Below are positions 1 through 10,179 of a stretch of DNA of 64,000 nucleotides, piece by piece. The notes below the pieces were generated by a model that was not told where the DNA came from, did no database searches, and worked only from the letters and a program-made list of their open reading frames with translations. The translations under genes and the position numbers were made by a program. Origin of the DNA: an uncultured delta proteobacterium (GTDB lineage Bacteria > Desulfobacterota > Binatia > JACPRU01); assembly GCA_963745025.1 (NCBI GenBank), contig CAVUWD010000002.1, positions 160,001 through 224,000 on the forward strand. The letters run 5' to 3'. Every line of letters starts with the position of its first letter. Within the stretch, counting starts at the first letter, position 1.

Positions 1-2
1 CA

Positions 3-395
3 AAGCTGATCGCCGAGGCAGCCCGTATCGTCAAAGCGGGCGGAACGATCGCGTTCACTGACTGGGTAGAAGGGCCCGCCGGGTTGTCGGATGCCGAAGC
101 GGAGCACTTCCTGCGCTTCATGAAATTTGCCAACATTCAGGATATTGACGGCTATGCCGGTTTACTGACCCAGAACGGGTGCAAGGTGCTAGCCGCTGAG
201 GATACGCAACGGTTCGCAGAGCACGTCGATCTCTACATGAAGATGGTGGACATGCAGCTAACCTACGATGCGCTGCGGATCATTGGCTTCAACATGACGC
301 TGATGCAAGCGGTGGCTGCGGAGTTCGCCTTCATGAGGGAACTGGCTCACGCTGGCAAGATTGCGCAGGGGCGCTTCATCTCTCGTCGCAACTAG
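3..395 (+). CDS. Class I SAM-dependent methyltransferase, 5'-truncated by window edge
   Basis: Frame open from base 3: KLIAEAARIVKAGGTIAFTDW, matching the post-II/III motif of class I MTases. Confidence 0.7.
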   Translation, partial: KLIAEAARIVKAGGTIAFTDWVEGPAGLSDAEAEHFLRFMKFANIQDIDGYAGLLTQNGCKVLAAEDTQRFAEHVDLYMKMVDMQLTYDALRIIGFNMTLMQAVAAEFAFMRELAHAGKIAQGRFISRRN

Positions 396-460
396 GACCA
401 TCCGGGCCCGCGGCGCCTGCACGGAATGCTTTGCCGGAGACGCGGCGAAATCGCCGTTCC

Positions 461-1411
461 ATGAACCGGAATGAGGGAATCGGCAGTGCGCCACCGCCGT
501 TGCCTCTGTCTGCGAACACGCGGAGGGACACGCTAGCCCCGAGTATCGCGATTCTCGTGTCGACGCTGTTCTGGGGCACACTGTGGATCCCGCTCCGGCA
601 ACTCGACGCCGCGGGACTCGGCGGGCCCTGGCCGACGACCGCCGGTTTCACCATCCCGTTGCTGGTCCTTTTCCCGGTTGCCCTAATCCGCCGGCGCTCG
701 ATCATCGCCGGCGGGTGCCCACTCGCGCAGGCCGGCATCCTCATGGCCACGTGCCTCGCGCTGTACGCCGAAGCACTGCTGCGGGGATACGTCGCTCGTG
801 TGGTGCTGCTCTTCTATCTCACGCCGGTGTGGAGCACCGTGCTCGCGCGTGCGGTTCTGGGCGACCGCATCACGGGTATCCGCATCGTCACGATCGTGTT
901 GGGGCTTCTGGGGATGTTCATCGTCTTTGGCATCGGGAACGGTCTTCCGATACCACGCACGGTCGCCGAATGGATGGGTCTGCTCTCGGGCTTCCTCTGG
1001 GGAGCGTCAATGGTCAGCATACGGCGCCTTGCCCCGCATGTTTCCGATTTCGACAAGGTCTTCGTCCTGCTCCTGTTTGTGGGCGTGCTTTTCGTGCTGC
1101 TCACCCTCGTGCCCGGAGGGCGCCCGTGGGTGGTTCCCACGGCAGAGATCTTCACGCGCTCCGCGACCTGGCTGCTGCTCTTCGGCCTGATCTGGATGCC
1201 CGTCGTGCTCTGGCTCACGATGTTCGGCAGCAGCCGGCTCGATCCGGGTCGTGTCGCGGTGCTCCTCATGCTGGAGGTGGTGATCGCGCTCGTCTCCGCC
1301 GCAGTGCTCACCAACGAACCATTTGGTCCACGTGAATTCATCGGTGCCGTCTTCATCGTGGCTGCGTGCGGGGCAGAGTTTTTCGTTCGACGTTCGGTCT
1401 CATCGACCTGA
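461..1411 (+). CDS. DMT/EamA family transporter
   Basis: About 10 TM segments in two repeats; LFWGTLWIPLR, LLFYLTPVWS, LEVVIA..SA.VL..E. Confidence 0.85.
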   Translation: MNRNEGIGSAPPPLPLSANTRRDTLAPSIAILVSTLFWGTLWIPLRQLDAAGLGGPWPTTAGFTIPLLVLFPVALIRRRSIIAGGCPLAQAGILMATCLALYAEALLRGYVARVVLLFYLTPVWSTVLARAVLGDRITGIRIVTIVLGLLGMFIVFGIGNGLPIPRTVAEWMGLLSGFLWGASMVSIRRLAPHVSDFDKVFVLLLFVGVLFVLLTLVPGGRPWVVPTAEIFTRSATWLLLFGLIWMPVVLWLTMFGSSRLDPGRVAVLLMLEVVIALVSAAVLTNEPFGPREFIGAVFIVAACGAEFFVRRSVSST

Positions 1412-1520
1412 GGGCGAAGAGCACCGTCGCTTGCTTGCGTCCGCCTTCGACGGCGGAGCGGGAGGAGAGAATCTTCTCCGCGAGATGCTTCGGCGTGTAG
1501 GAGCGCGGGGCGCGAGCGGG
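1410..1520 (-). pseudogene. Remnant of class III adenylate/guanylate cyclase (AAA-ATPase-fused type)
   Basis: Minus strand reads PARAPRSYTPKHLAEKILSSRSAVEGGRKQATVLFA, the typical lead-in to ERKQVTVLFAD; no start or continuation. Confidence 0.6.
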
Positions 1521-1605
1521 CGGCGGGACCTCGCTGCTGGACGATCAGCCGGATGATGGGCCTCGACTCGGGCGATTCTCCTCCGTTGGCCGAAGCGAAC
1601 GGGAG

Positions 1606-2781
1606 TCACTGCACGCGCGTCTCCGTCCCGCCTCCGGGCCGGAGGCGTATCGCGCGGTACGAGCATTCGCCGTGCCCGCGCTGAAACATACTGTTCGCGA
1701 TCAGCCAGACGCGCCGGATCCGCTCCGGCGGCCTTCCGACGTGCGCGAGATAGTCGGCGTACAGATCCCTGTCCTCGTCGATCCAGCGGCCGAGCTCGGC
1801 CGTACCGCTTCGGACCGCGACGTGGTACTCGCGCTTCGCCCACGTCGGCAACGGACACCAGTACCCCGTCCCCACGGCTAGCCCCGCGCTCCAGTAGTAG
1901 GTGAGGTCGATTCCGTTCGAGAACTCGACCGCGATGCTCAGGTAGTCGTGAGTCGGAAGTATGTCTTCGGCGAGCGTCGACGGAAGCGCGTCGACCTTCC
2001 AAGACCAGGCGAGACGGGTTCCTTCGGCGAAGGGCAAGTCGACGTCGTGCTGGAGGATGCCAGCGTCGGAATCGGTCTTGCAGTGGATCGCGGCTTCGTC
2101 GGCCTGCGCGTAGATCTCCGACTCGCCGAGGAACCAGAGATAGTTCCAGCCGTCGGGACGAAGGACGGGATTCGTCAGCCGGTCGATCTCGAGATCGATC
2201 AGCGGGTGCGGCGTCGAGGCCTGGAGGCTGCGAAGGCCGTCGAGCGGGTTTCCGCTCCAGCGCAGAAGAATCGCCGCCATTCCACCGGTGACTCCGCGGT
2301 ACGCATCCGCCGGAGTCGCGAGAGTTCCGGAGGGATCAGCCCATTCCCCCGGGAAGTAACTCGCGAGCCGGAGGCGGCCCGGCTTGTCGGCCCGGAACGT
2401 ATGCGTGGCCCGCGTACCGCGAAAGACCGGTCCATCACCGACTCGCGCCCAGAGCTGAAAATGCGGGCCGATGAAGATGTCGAGAAGCGCCGAGAGATAC
2501 ACCCGCCCGCCTGCCAGCCAGGTGACGAATTCTCCTTCGGCGAGATCGATCCCGGTGTCGTACCAGGGCGGCCGATCGGCGGGCAGCTCGACGAGTTGGT
2601 GAGCCCCGAGAGATCCATTCGCGTCCCGCGTGGCGACGCGGTCGGCGAGCGCCCGGATCTCGGCGACGTCCGTCTCCGGGTTCTTTCCCAGGGGGAGCCG
2701 GCCGCTCAGTCGAAGAAGGGTGACCTGGCCGATTCTCTGAACGGTAACGGCCGCGCGACGAATTTCAGTGAGCAGGTCCAT
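1606..2781 (-). CDS. DUF3047 domain-containing protein
   Basis: C-terminal LAWSWKVDALPS..ED...THDYLSIAVEF..G.DLTYYWS and DLYADY...RVWLIANS. Confidence 0.75.
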   Translation of the reverse strand: MDLLTEIRRAAVTVQRIGQVTLLRLSGRLPLGKNPETDVAEIRALADRVATRDANGSLGAHQLVELPADRPPWYDTGIDLAEGEFVTWLAGGRVYLSALLDIFIGPHFQLWARVGDGPVFRGTRATHTFRADKPGRLRLASYFPGEWADPSGTLATPADAYRGVTGGMAAILLRWSGNPLDGLRSLQASTPHPLIDLEIDRLTNPVLRPDGWNYLWFLGESEIYAQADEAAIHCKTDSDAGILQHDVDLPFAEGTRLAWSWKVDALPSTLAEDILPTHDYLSIAVEFSNGIDLTYYWSAGLAVGTGYWCPLPTWAKREYHVAVRSGTAELGRWIDEDRDLYADYLAHVGRPPERIRRVWLIANSMFQRGHGECSYRAIRLRPGGGTETRVQ

Positions 2782-2995
2782 CGTTCGACTCTCCTTGCTT
2801 CCGCTTCTAGGGTCCGCTTCGAGACTCCCCCGTATACCCCAAATGGATCCGCGTCGATTGAATTCGAGGCGCGCTCCCGAAGGTCTTGACGGTGGGCGGA
2901 ACCGCAGAACGCCAGTTCGCGCGCGAGGTGTTCCGGTGCTTCACGAATCGCGGCCTTGAAGGCGCCGGCCGGCTTCGACCGCCCTTGACCTCGAA

Positions 2996-3790
2996 TCACC
3001 GGCGCCCGGCGAATTTCGGCTTGCGCTTCTCGAGGAAGGCGTCGATCGCCTCCCGGTGATCCGTCGTCGTGAAGCAGAGCTTCTCGAGCGCGAGCGAGGT
3101 GTCGAGCACCAGGTTGACGGTCTCGCGCAGGATCTTGTTCACCGACACCTTGGTGCCACGGATCGCCTGGGTGGGCCCGTTGGCGAGGCGATCGGCGAGA
3201 GCCAGCGCCCTGGCGAGCAGCTGATCGGCCGGCACGACGTGATTGACGAGTCCGATGCGGTGCGCCTCCTCGGCGGTGAGAAGATCCCCGGTCATCAGGA
3301 ACTCCTTCGCACGCGCGGCGCCGACCAGCCAGGGCCAGATGATCGCGCCGCCGTCGCCGGCGACGACGCCGATGCGGACGTGCGGGTCGCCGATGCGCGC
3401 GCCTTCGGACGCGAAGATCACATCCGAGAACAGCGCCAGCGTGGCGCCGAGGCCGGTCGCGGGTCCGTTGACCGCGGCGATGATCGGCTGTTCGACCTCG
3501 AGGAAATCGACGATGATCTTCCGGGCTTCGACGAACAAGGCATCGAGCTCCGCGGGCTTCATGTTCTGGAACCATTGCAGATCGCCGCCCGCCGAGAACG
3601 CGCGCCCGTTGCCGGTGAGGACCACGGCCTCGGTCTCGGCGTCCTTCGCGACGTCGGCGAAGATCTCGGAGAGCTCGCGGTGGAGCTCCGCCGTGATCGT
3701 GTTCAGCGCCTCGGGGCGATTGAACGAGAGGACGAGCACCTTGCCGCGGCGCTCCGCGGCGAGATTCCGGTAGCGTTCGTAGCTCATCAT
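2996..3790 (-). CDS. Enoyl-CoA hydratase/isomerase (crotonase) family
   Basis: AFSAGGDL, IAAVNGPATGLG, AFLEKRKPKF. Confidence 0.92.
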   Translation of the reverse strand: MMSYERYRNLAAERRGKVLVLSFNRPEALNTITAELHRELSEIFADVAKDAETEAVVLTGNGRAFSAGGDLQWFQNMKPAELDALFVEARKIIVDFLEVEQPIIAAVNGPATGLGATLALFSDVIFASEGARIGDPHVRIGVVAGDGGAIIWPWLVGAARAKEFLMTGDLLTAEEAHRIGLVNHVVPADQLLARALALADRLANGPTQAIRGTKVSVNKILRETVNLVLDTSLALEKLCFTTTDHREAIDAFLEKRKPKFAGRR

Positions 3791-3824
3791 CGATCTCCCT
3801 CGTGATCTCGGCCGTCCGCGCCGG

Positions 3825-4988
3825 TCATGCGGGGCGAAGGCCGAGGTGCCTGGCGATGACGTTGCGCTGGATCTGCGTCGTGCCGCCGCCGATCGTCAGC
3901 AGCAGGGCGTCGCGCACGTAGCGTTGCACGTCGAGCTCCATCGTGTAGCCGGAGCCGCCGTGGATCTGCAGGCAGCCGAGCGCCGCTTTCTTCGCCGCTT
4001 CGCTCGCCAGCACCTTGGCGATCGCGCCCTCGCGGCTGCAAGGCCGCCCGGCGTCGTAGAGCCAAGCGGCGTGCCAGAGGGCGAGGCGCGCGGCGTGGAT
4101 CTCGGCGTCGAGCTCGGCGAGCAGATGGGCGATCGACTGGAACTCGCCGATCCTCTTGCCGAATTGCTCGCGTTGCTTCGCGTAGGAGAGCGCCTCCTCG
4201 AACGCCGCGGTGGCGACGCCGAGCGAGTTCGCACCGAGCTCGAGATGCTCGACGTCCAAGATCGCCATCAGCTGGCCCCAGCCCGAGCCCGTGGCCGCGG
4301 CCGCGCCGAGCACGTCGTCGGCCCCCGCGCGAACGTCGTCGAAGTGGATCGAGCAGATGCTGGATCCCTTGTAGCCGAGCTTCTCGATGCGCGCGATCGA
4401 GATCCCGGGCTGCTTCGGGTCGACGACCATGAACGAGAACGCGCTGCCGCGCGCGGCCCGTGCGTCGCTGCGGACGAGCACGAGGAGGACGTCGGCCGCA
4501 TCCGCCGAGGTGATGAACGTCTTCTCGCCGCGAACCACGAGCTCTCCGCCCTCACGTGTCGCGGTCGTATGGATCGATGCCAGGTCGGAGCCGGCGCCGG
4601 GCTCGGTGAGCGCCAGCGCGACCACGCACTCGCCGCGCGCGATGCGCGGCAAGAATCGCTCGCGCTGCCGCTCGGATCCGAGCCGGCCGAAAATCTGTCC
4701 ACCGTACGACAGAAACAGCGTCGCCGCGAAGCCGATCGCGCCCGACGCGCGCGCGGCCTCCTCGATCACCAGCAACGCGCCGATCGTCTCGGGACCGCCG
4801 CCTCCGTATCGGGCGTCGATCGTCAGGCCGAGCAAACCGGCCTCGCCGAGCGCCCGCACCACGGCCGCCGGAAACTCGTCGGCCGCGTCGAGCCGGCGTA
4901 CCTCCTCTCTCGGGCACGCCTTGGCGAGAATGCGACGCGCGCTCTCCCGGATCATCGCTTGTTCGTCGGTGAGTTCGAAGTCGATCAT
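3825..4988 (-). CDS. Acyl-CoA dehydrogenase
   Basis: MIDFELTDEQ start, ALTEPGAGSD, REQFGKRIGEFQ, IHGGSGY, IGGGTTQIQR. Confidence 0.93.
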   Translation of the reverse strand: MIDFELTDEQAMIRESARRILAKACPREEVRRLDAADEFPAAVVRALGEAGLLGLTIDARYGGGGPETIGALLVIEEAARASGAIGFAATLFLSYGGQIFGRLGSERQRERFLPRIARGECVVALALTEPGAGSDLASIHTTATREGGELVVRGEKTFITSADAADVLLVLVRSDARAARGSAFSFMVVDPKQPGISIARIEKLGYKGSSICSIHFDDVRAGADDVLGAAAATGSGWGQLMAILDVEHLELGANSLGVATAAFEEALSYAKQREQFGKRIGEFQSIAHLLAELDAEIHAARLALWHAAWLYDAGRPCSREGAIAKVLASEAAKKAALGCLQIHGGSGYTMELDVQRYVRDALLLTIGGGTTQIQRNVIARHLGLRPA

Positions 4989-5200
4989 GAACGTCACGTC
5001 CCCGTGGACGCGCCGGGCCGCCCGGCTACCTACCGGTCGGCAGGTATCACGGGCCTGCGCGAGTTTCGAGGCCCTTCGGGACCGCAAACCCCGCGAGTAC
5101 TGACCGAGAGCTCGTGCCGGAAGGCGAAGAAGGAATCTGGCAGCGTCTGATGTCGCAGCTCACGGCGACTCCGGCCCCTATGGCGCCGATTTTCCGCCGT

Positions 5201-7264
5201 CTATCGGATGCGAACCACGTCTTCCCGCGTCCGCGTACGGATGTAATTCTGGATCTTGCCGATCTCCGCGTCGCCGATCCATTTGCCGAATCCCGCCATG
5301 CCGGTTCCGGGGCGGCCGTCCTTGACGGTCTGCCCGAATATCTTCTGAACGTCCTCGTTCGAGTGCCGCAGGTCAGGCACCGACGTCCCCGAGATCGCCC
5401 CCGCGCCGTGGCAGACTACGCAGTAGTGATGATAGAGGCGCTCACCCTCGGCGAGCTCCGGGTCCTGCGGTGGAGGCGGGCCGACCTTGGAGGCGAGCGC
5501 GAAGGTGAGCACCTTACCGTTCGGCTCGGTGCCGCCGGCGGTGGCCGCGTTGCCGCCGGCGAGAGCGAACGTGCCGCCCCAGCCGGCGGACACCGAGACG
5601 TACTGCACGCCGTCCACTTCGTAGCTCATCGGCCCGGCGATGATGCCGGTGCCGCTCACGATCTCCCAGAGCTTCTTGCCATGGTCGGCACTGTAGGCGA
5701 CGAAGCGGCCGTCCGAGGTGCCCTGGAACACGAGGTTCCCGGCGCTGGCGAGCGCGCCGCCGTTCCACGCCAGCTGGTAGGGGACACGCCAGGCCTCCTT
5801 TTGTTTCACCGGATCCCAAGCAAGGAGGTGGCCCCTGACGATGGTGCGGTTCAGGCCTTTGAACAGCTCGAGCCGTAGCCCGGTGTTGAAGAAGCCTTCC
5901 TCGATCTTGAAGTTCGGATCGCGTTCGTAGGCGCCCGGCACTTCCTGCGCGGGTATGTAGACGAGTCCGGTCTTCGGGCTGAACGACATCGGCTGCCAGT
6001 TGTGCGCGCCGAAGGCGCTCGGGGCCACGATCGCCATGCCCTTGTCGTAGCGCTGGCCTTCGACCTCCACCGGCCGGCCCGTCTTGAGGTCGACCTTCTT
6101 GGCCCAGGTCACCGTGTCGGCAAACTGCGTCGCGGAAAGGAGCTCGCCGGTCTTGCGATCGAGGACGTAAAAGAAGCCGTTCTTTGGCGCCTGCATCAGG
6201 ACCTTGCGATCCTTGCCGCGGATCTTCAGGTCGGCGAGGATCAGGTGCGACGCGGAGTCGAAGTCCCAGTTGTCTCCGGGGGTCGTCTGGTAATGCCACT
6301 TCTGCTCGCCGGTCACGGCGTCGAGGGCGACGATCGAGGAGAGGTAGAGATTGTCGCCGCCGCCGGGGCTGCGGATGTCGCGGTTCCAGGCCACGCCGTT
6401 GCCGGTCCCGAAGTAGATCGTTTCGAGCTCGGCGTCGTAGACGATCGCGTCCCACACGGTTCCGCCGCCGCCGATCTTGAGCCATTGATCGCCGTTCCAG
6501 GAGGTGAGGGCGTGCTCGAGCGCCTTCGTCTCCTGCGGCTTCGCCCGGTCGCCGGGAACGGTATACGTGCGCCAGAGAAGCTTCCCGTTCTCGGAGTCGT
6601 AGGCCGAGAGGTAACCGCGCACGCCGTATTCACCGCCGCCGTTGCCGATCAGCACCTTGCCGGCGGCAATGCGCGGCGCCCCGGTGATCGTGTAGGGCTT
6701 GCCGGCCTCGGCGGTCTTCACTTCCCAGACGACCTTGCCGGTGGCGGCATCCAGCGCGATCAGCCGCGCGTCGAGCGCGCCGACGTAGACCTTCCCCTTG
6801 TAGACGGCGACTCCCCGGTTTACGACGTCGCAGCAAGCCTTCTGCCCCCACTGCTTGTCGACCTTGGGGTCGTAGCGCCAGATCTCCTTTCCGGTCCTGG
6901 CGTCGACCGCGAACACGACGCTCCACGGTGCGGTCGTGTACATGACGCCGTCGACCACGACCGGCGTAGCCTCGAGGCCGCGGCTCGACTCGGTCGAGAA
7001 GCTCCAGACGAGCCGTAGGTCACTCACGTTGTCGGCGTTGACCTGATCGAGCGGGCTGAAGCGCTGCTCGGTCCACTGGCCGTTGTAGGTGAGCCAGTTT
7101 CCCCGGTCGCCGTCGCGCCCGGCGAGGCGGGCGTCGTCGATCGCGGCGGCGGCTTTGGCGATCGCCCCTGCGTCGAGAGGCGTCCTTTCGTCGGCCAAGG
7201 CGCTGGCGGACAAGAGCGTGGCTGTTGTGAGAGCAGCGAGGATAAGGAGGAGAAGACGGTTCAT
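5201..7264 (-). CDS. PQQ-dependent quinohaemoprotein alcohol dehydrogenase (type II, C-terminal cytochrome c)
   Basis: Signal peptide, W-motif beta-propeller, vicinal CC (ACCDVVNRG), GGEYGVRG, WDFDS, haem motif CVVCH. Confidence 0.92.
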   Translation of the reverse strand: MNRLLLLILAALTTATLLSASALADERTPLDAGAIAKAAAAIDDARLAGRDGDRGNWLTYNGQWTEQRFSPLDQVNADNVSDLRLVWSFSTESSRGLEATPVVVDGVMYTTAPWSVVFAVDARTGKEIWRYDPKVDKQWGQKACCDVVNRGVAVYKGKVYVGALDARLIALDAATGKVVWEVKTAEAGKPYTITGAPRIAAGKVLIGNGGGEYGVRGYLSAYDSENGKLLWRTYTVPGDRAKPQETKALEHALTSWNGDQWLKIGGGGTVWDAIVYDAELETIYFGTGNGVAWNRDIRSPGGGDNLYLSSIVALDAVTGEQKWHYQTTPGDNWDFDSASHLILADLKIRGKDRKVLMQAPKNGFFYVLDRKTGELLSATQFADTVTWAKKVDLKTGRPVEVEGQRYDKGMAIVAPSAFGAHNWQPMSFSPKTGLVYIPAQEVPGAYERDPNFKIEEGFFNTGLRLELFKGLNRTIVRGHLLAWDPVKQKEAWRVPYQLAWNGGALASAGNLVFQGTSDGRFVAYSADHGKKLWEIVSGTGIIAGPMSYEVDGVQYVSVSAGWGGTFALAGGNAATAGGTEPNGKVLTFALASKVGPPPPQDPELAEGERLYHHYCVVCHGAGAISGTSVPDLRHSNEDVQKIFGQTVKDGRPGTGMAGFGKWIGDAEIGKIQNYIRTRTREDVVRIR

Positions 7265-7411
7265 CGGAAGACACCTCCGGGCGTCGTGTAGGGGCGGGGA
7301 GCATGTCGCGTCGGGGGCGCCGGTGTCAATTCTGAAGGGTGGTAGATGCCGGACACCTGCGCCGCCAGCGTCTCGACCAGCGCGCGCTGGATGCGTCCGC
7401 TCCGATCGGCT

Positions 7412-8521
7412 CTACACGAGCCCCTGCTCGCTCAGCTCGCCCTTCACGTAAGCGTAGATGATCGGTGCAACGACCAGGCCTGGAATTCCGAAGAGGCTCT
7501 CCATCAGCAACATCGCAATCAGGAGCTCCCAGGCCCGCGCTTTGATCTGGCCTGCGACGAGGCGTGCGTTGACGAAATACTCGAGCTTGTGAATCACGAC
7601 GAGGAATATGAGGGAACAGATCGCGACCCGTACCGAATGGTTCAGGCTGATCACGACGATGATCGTATTCGTGATCAAGTTCCCGACGATTGGGACCAGG
7701 CCGACCACGAAAGTCGCGAGGATCATGGTCTTGACGAAGGGTAGCCCGATCCCGAACAGCGGTAGCCCGACGGAGAGATACAGACCGGTCAGGAACGTGT
7801 TGCCGGCTGAGATGCGGGTTTGGGCGAAGACGACGTACCGGAATGCATCGCTGAAGCGACGCACTTGCGTAGTCAGCGCGCGCGCGAGCGGTGCCGTGAC
7901 GGCCGGCGACGATTCGCTGCGCAGCGAGACCAGAGCTCCCAACACCATGCCGACCAGCGCGTGCATCAGGGCGGTGCCGGCCTCGCCACCGATCCTCGTG
8001 ATCTCGGTTGCATGCTCTCGGAGCCACTGCGCACTCCACTCCTTCAGGGCATCGGCGTCGCCTTCCGGCGACCAGGCCCGAATCCAGCGTGGTAGCAGCG
8101 CGCGGGAGCTTTCGACGGTCTCGGCCATCTTCTGGAGGAGCGCCGAAAAGCCGCCGCCCTCGCTGCGCATCTCGGAGATGGCTGCAGCGCCGGCGGCGAT
8201 CGTTGCGCCGACCACCAACAACGTGAGCAAGGCGACGGCGACGAGTCGGGCATTGGCGGCGGAGATCCTGCGGCCGACGACGCGAGGCGCGAGGGTATGG
8301 ACGATCTCGAAAATCAACAGACCGGATAGGAGAGTCGGGATCAAGTGAAGCGAGAGCGCTGCTACGATCAACGCTGCCATGATCGCATACGCCGCCCAAT
8401 CGTAGCGGGTCAGGTTGTCGGGCGTGACCCCCGCGCGGCCCTCCATCTGCTCCCGCGCTGCCCGGGAAAGGATCGGGTCATTCATCGATTCGTGGTCCGG
8501 GTTCGCCGCGTCCGCTGCCAC
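7412..8521 (-). CDS. AI-2E family transporter
   Basis: Multi-TM; GLVPIVGNLI, IHKLEYFVNARLVAG, AWELLIAMLLMESLFG. Confidence 0.85.
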   Translation of the reverse strand: MAADAANPDHESMNDPILSRAAREQMEGRAGVTPDNLTRYDWAAYAIMAALIVAALSLHLIPTLLSGLLIFEIVHTLAPRVVGRRISAANARLVAVALLTLLVVGATIAAGAAAISEMRSEGGGFSALLQKMAETVESSRALLPRWIRAWSPEGDADALKEWSAQWLREHATEITRIGGEAGTALMHALVGMVLGALVSLRSESSPAVTAPLARALTTQVRRFSDAFRYVVFAQTRISAGNTFLTGLYLSVGLPLFGIGLPFVKTMILATFVVGLVPIVGNLITNTIIVVISLNHSVRVAICSLIFLVVIHKLEYFVNARLVAGQIKARAWELLIAMLLMESLFGIPGLVVAPIIYAYVKGELSEQGLV

Positions 8522-8649
8522 CGGCCAGCCGGTGATCTACCGACCTGTCCATCCTGGAGACCGACGCCGAGTATAGATTCTTTGTCAGATTGGATGAAGT
8601 GGCTGGCTACCACACTGGCGAGGTCACGGCTCGTGTGATCAGCGACAGA

Positions 8650-8669
8650 TACTTTTGCCGGTAAAAGTA
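8650..8669. promoter_or_regulatory. Near-perfect AT-rich palindrome, putative operator
   Basis: TACTTTTGCCGGTAAAAGTA upstream of the AI-2E gene, followed by TTGACG. Confidence 0.4.
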
Positions 8670-8788
8670 ATTGACGTCGATCAGTCAGTCCGCCGACGTC
8701 GCGGACAACCTGCGCGCAACCCCGCCGAACCACCCCGTATAATGCCACCACACTTGGCGCGTGGTTGCTCGTCCGCTTCGTGGGTTTG

Positions 8789-10105
8789 TCATCTGCATCT
8801 TCGGGCGAGCGCGTAGGCCAGATTCAGTGGCAGGGTCCAAGACATCTGAACCGGGGAGCGCGACAGGCGCCTGCGTATGCTCCGCCACGAGTAGAAGCGG
8901 TTGCTCGCGCGCTGGTATCCGTCCAACAGCGCCTTGGTGCTCATGTGTCGAGGCTGATAGACCACGTCAGCGCGGCCGTTGTACTTGGTCCAGTCGCGCG
9001 TGAGAATTCTACCTTCTGCCTCCAAGCGCTGATACAGCCGAGTTCCCGGAAACGGCGTTAGGATGTTGAACGTGGCGTTCTGTACGCCGGCCGTTTCGAG
9101 GAACTCCAGCGTCTCATCGAACACTGCCTCCGTGTCGTCATCGAACCCGAAGATGATTCCTGCTTGCACCGCGATGCCGTGCGCATGGATCCGCTCTATG
9201 GCCTGCGCGTATTTGTCAACGCGATTGAACCCTTTCGAGACTTCGTCGACGCTCGCCTGGGATACCGATTCCAGCCCGACAAACAGCTGCTTGCATCCGC
9301 TGCGCGCAGCCAACTCGAGGAACTCGTCGTCATTGGCGGCGTGGATGGTCGCTTGGCTGCTCCACCATTTGCCGTGAGGCGCTAGCTCGCGGAACAGCGC
9401 CTTGGCGTACTCGATGTCGCCCGCAATGTTGTCATCCCACAGGATGATCACTTTGCCCCCAAAGGAAGCGTACTCCTGCACGACGGCCTGTACCGGTCGC
9501 TTGCGGAAACGGCGCCGATACATCACCGCGAGTGTGCAGAAATCACATCGGTGTGCGCACCCGCGCGTGGCAAACAGAACTCCAGCCGTATGATCGCGCC
9601 GATGAAACAGGTCTTTCCGCGACATCGGAACGTGGTCGAGGGCAGGAGGTTCGAGAGACGAGTACCGCTCGCGATGATGCCCGGTCTCGAACTCAGCGAG
9701 GAATCGCGGCCAGTGGAGCTCGGCTTCCCCGACGAAGATCACGTCCCCGTGCGCCTGCGCCTCATCCGGCATCAACGCCACGTGCGGTCCCCCCAACGCA
9801 ACCGGAGTTCCACGTTGCCGGAACCGGGCTGCCAGGTCATAGGCGTGAGGGGCACTCGGCGTGTGGAAGGTGATTGCGACCAAGTCCGCCGGCGCCTCGA
9901 GATCGACCGGCTCAACCGCTTCATCGACATGGAGCACCGTCCAATGGGGAGGGACAAAGGCGGCCAGATACGGCATGGTGATCTGCTGGAAGTTCAGAAC
10001 GCGCGACCGGCGCACCCGTCGTATCTCTGGGGACGACGCCGTAATCAGGAGGAGGATGTGTGCATCGGATGGTGCACGCGTCGAGCTTCTCAACGTTTCG
10101 ATCAC
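8789..10105 (-). CDS. B12-binding domain radical SAM protein
   Basis: N-terminal B12-like domain (LGGPHVALMPDEA), TRGCAHRCDFC CxxxCxxC, ILTPFPGT. Confidence 0.9.
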   Translation of the reverse strand: MIETLRSSTRAPSDAHILLLITASSPEIRRVRRSRVLNFQQITMPYLAAFVPPHWTVLHVDEAVEPVDLEAPADLVAITFHTPSAPHAYDLAARFRQRGTPVALGGPHVALMPDEAQAHGDVIFVGEAELHWPRFLAEFETGHHRERYSSLEPPALDHVPMSRKDLFHRRDHTAGVLFATRGCAHRCDFCTLAVMYRRRFRKRPVQAVVQEYASFGGKVIILWDDNIAGDIEYAKALFRELAPHGKWWSSQATIHAANDDEFLELAARSGCKQLFVGLESVSQASVDEVSKGFNRVDKYAQAIERIHAHGIAVQAGIIFGFDDDTEAVFDETLEFLETAGVQNATFNILTPFPGTRLYQRLEAEGRILTRDWTKYNGRADVVYQPRHMSTKALLDGYQRASNRFYSWRSIRRRLSRSPVQMSWTLPLNLAYALARRCR

Positions 10106-10179
10106 TCAGTTCCGTCCGACGATAGGATAGGGAGCAAGCCGAGAAACATCGTGCCCACGGTCATCACCTTCGGCCAGAG

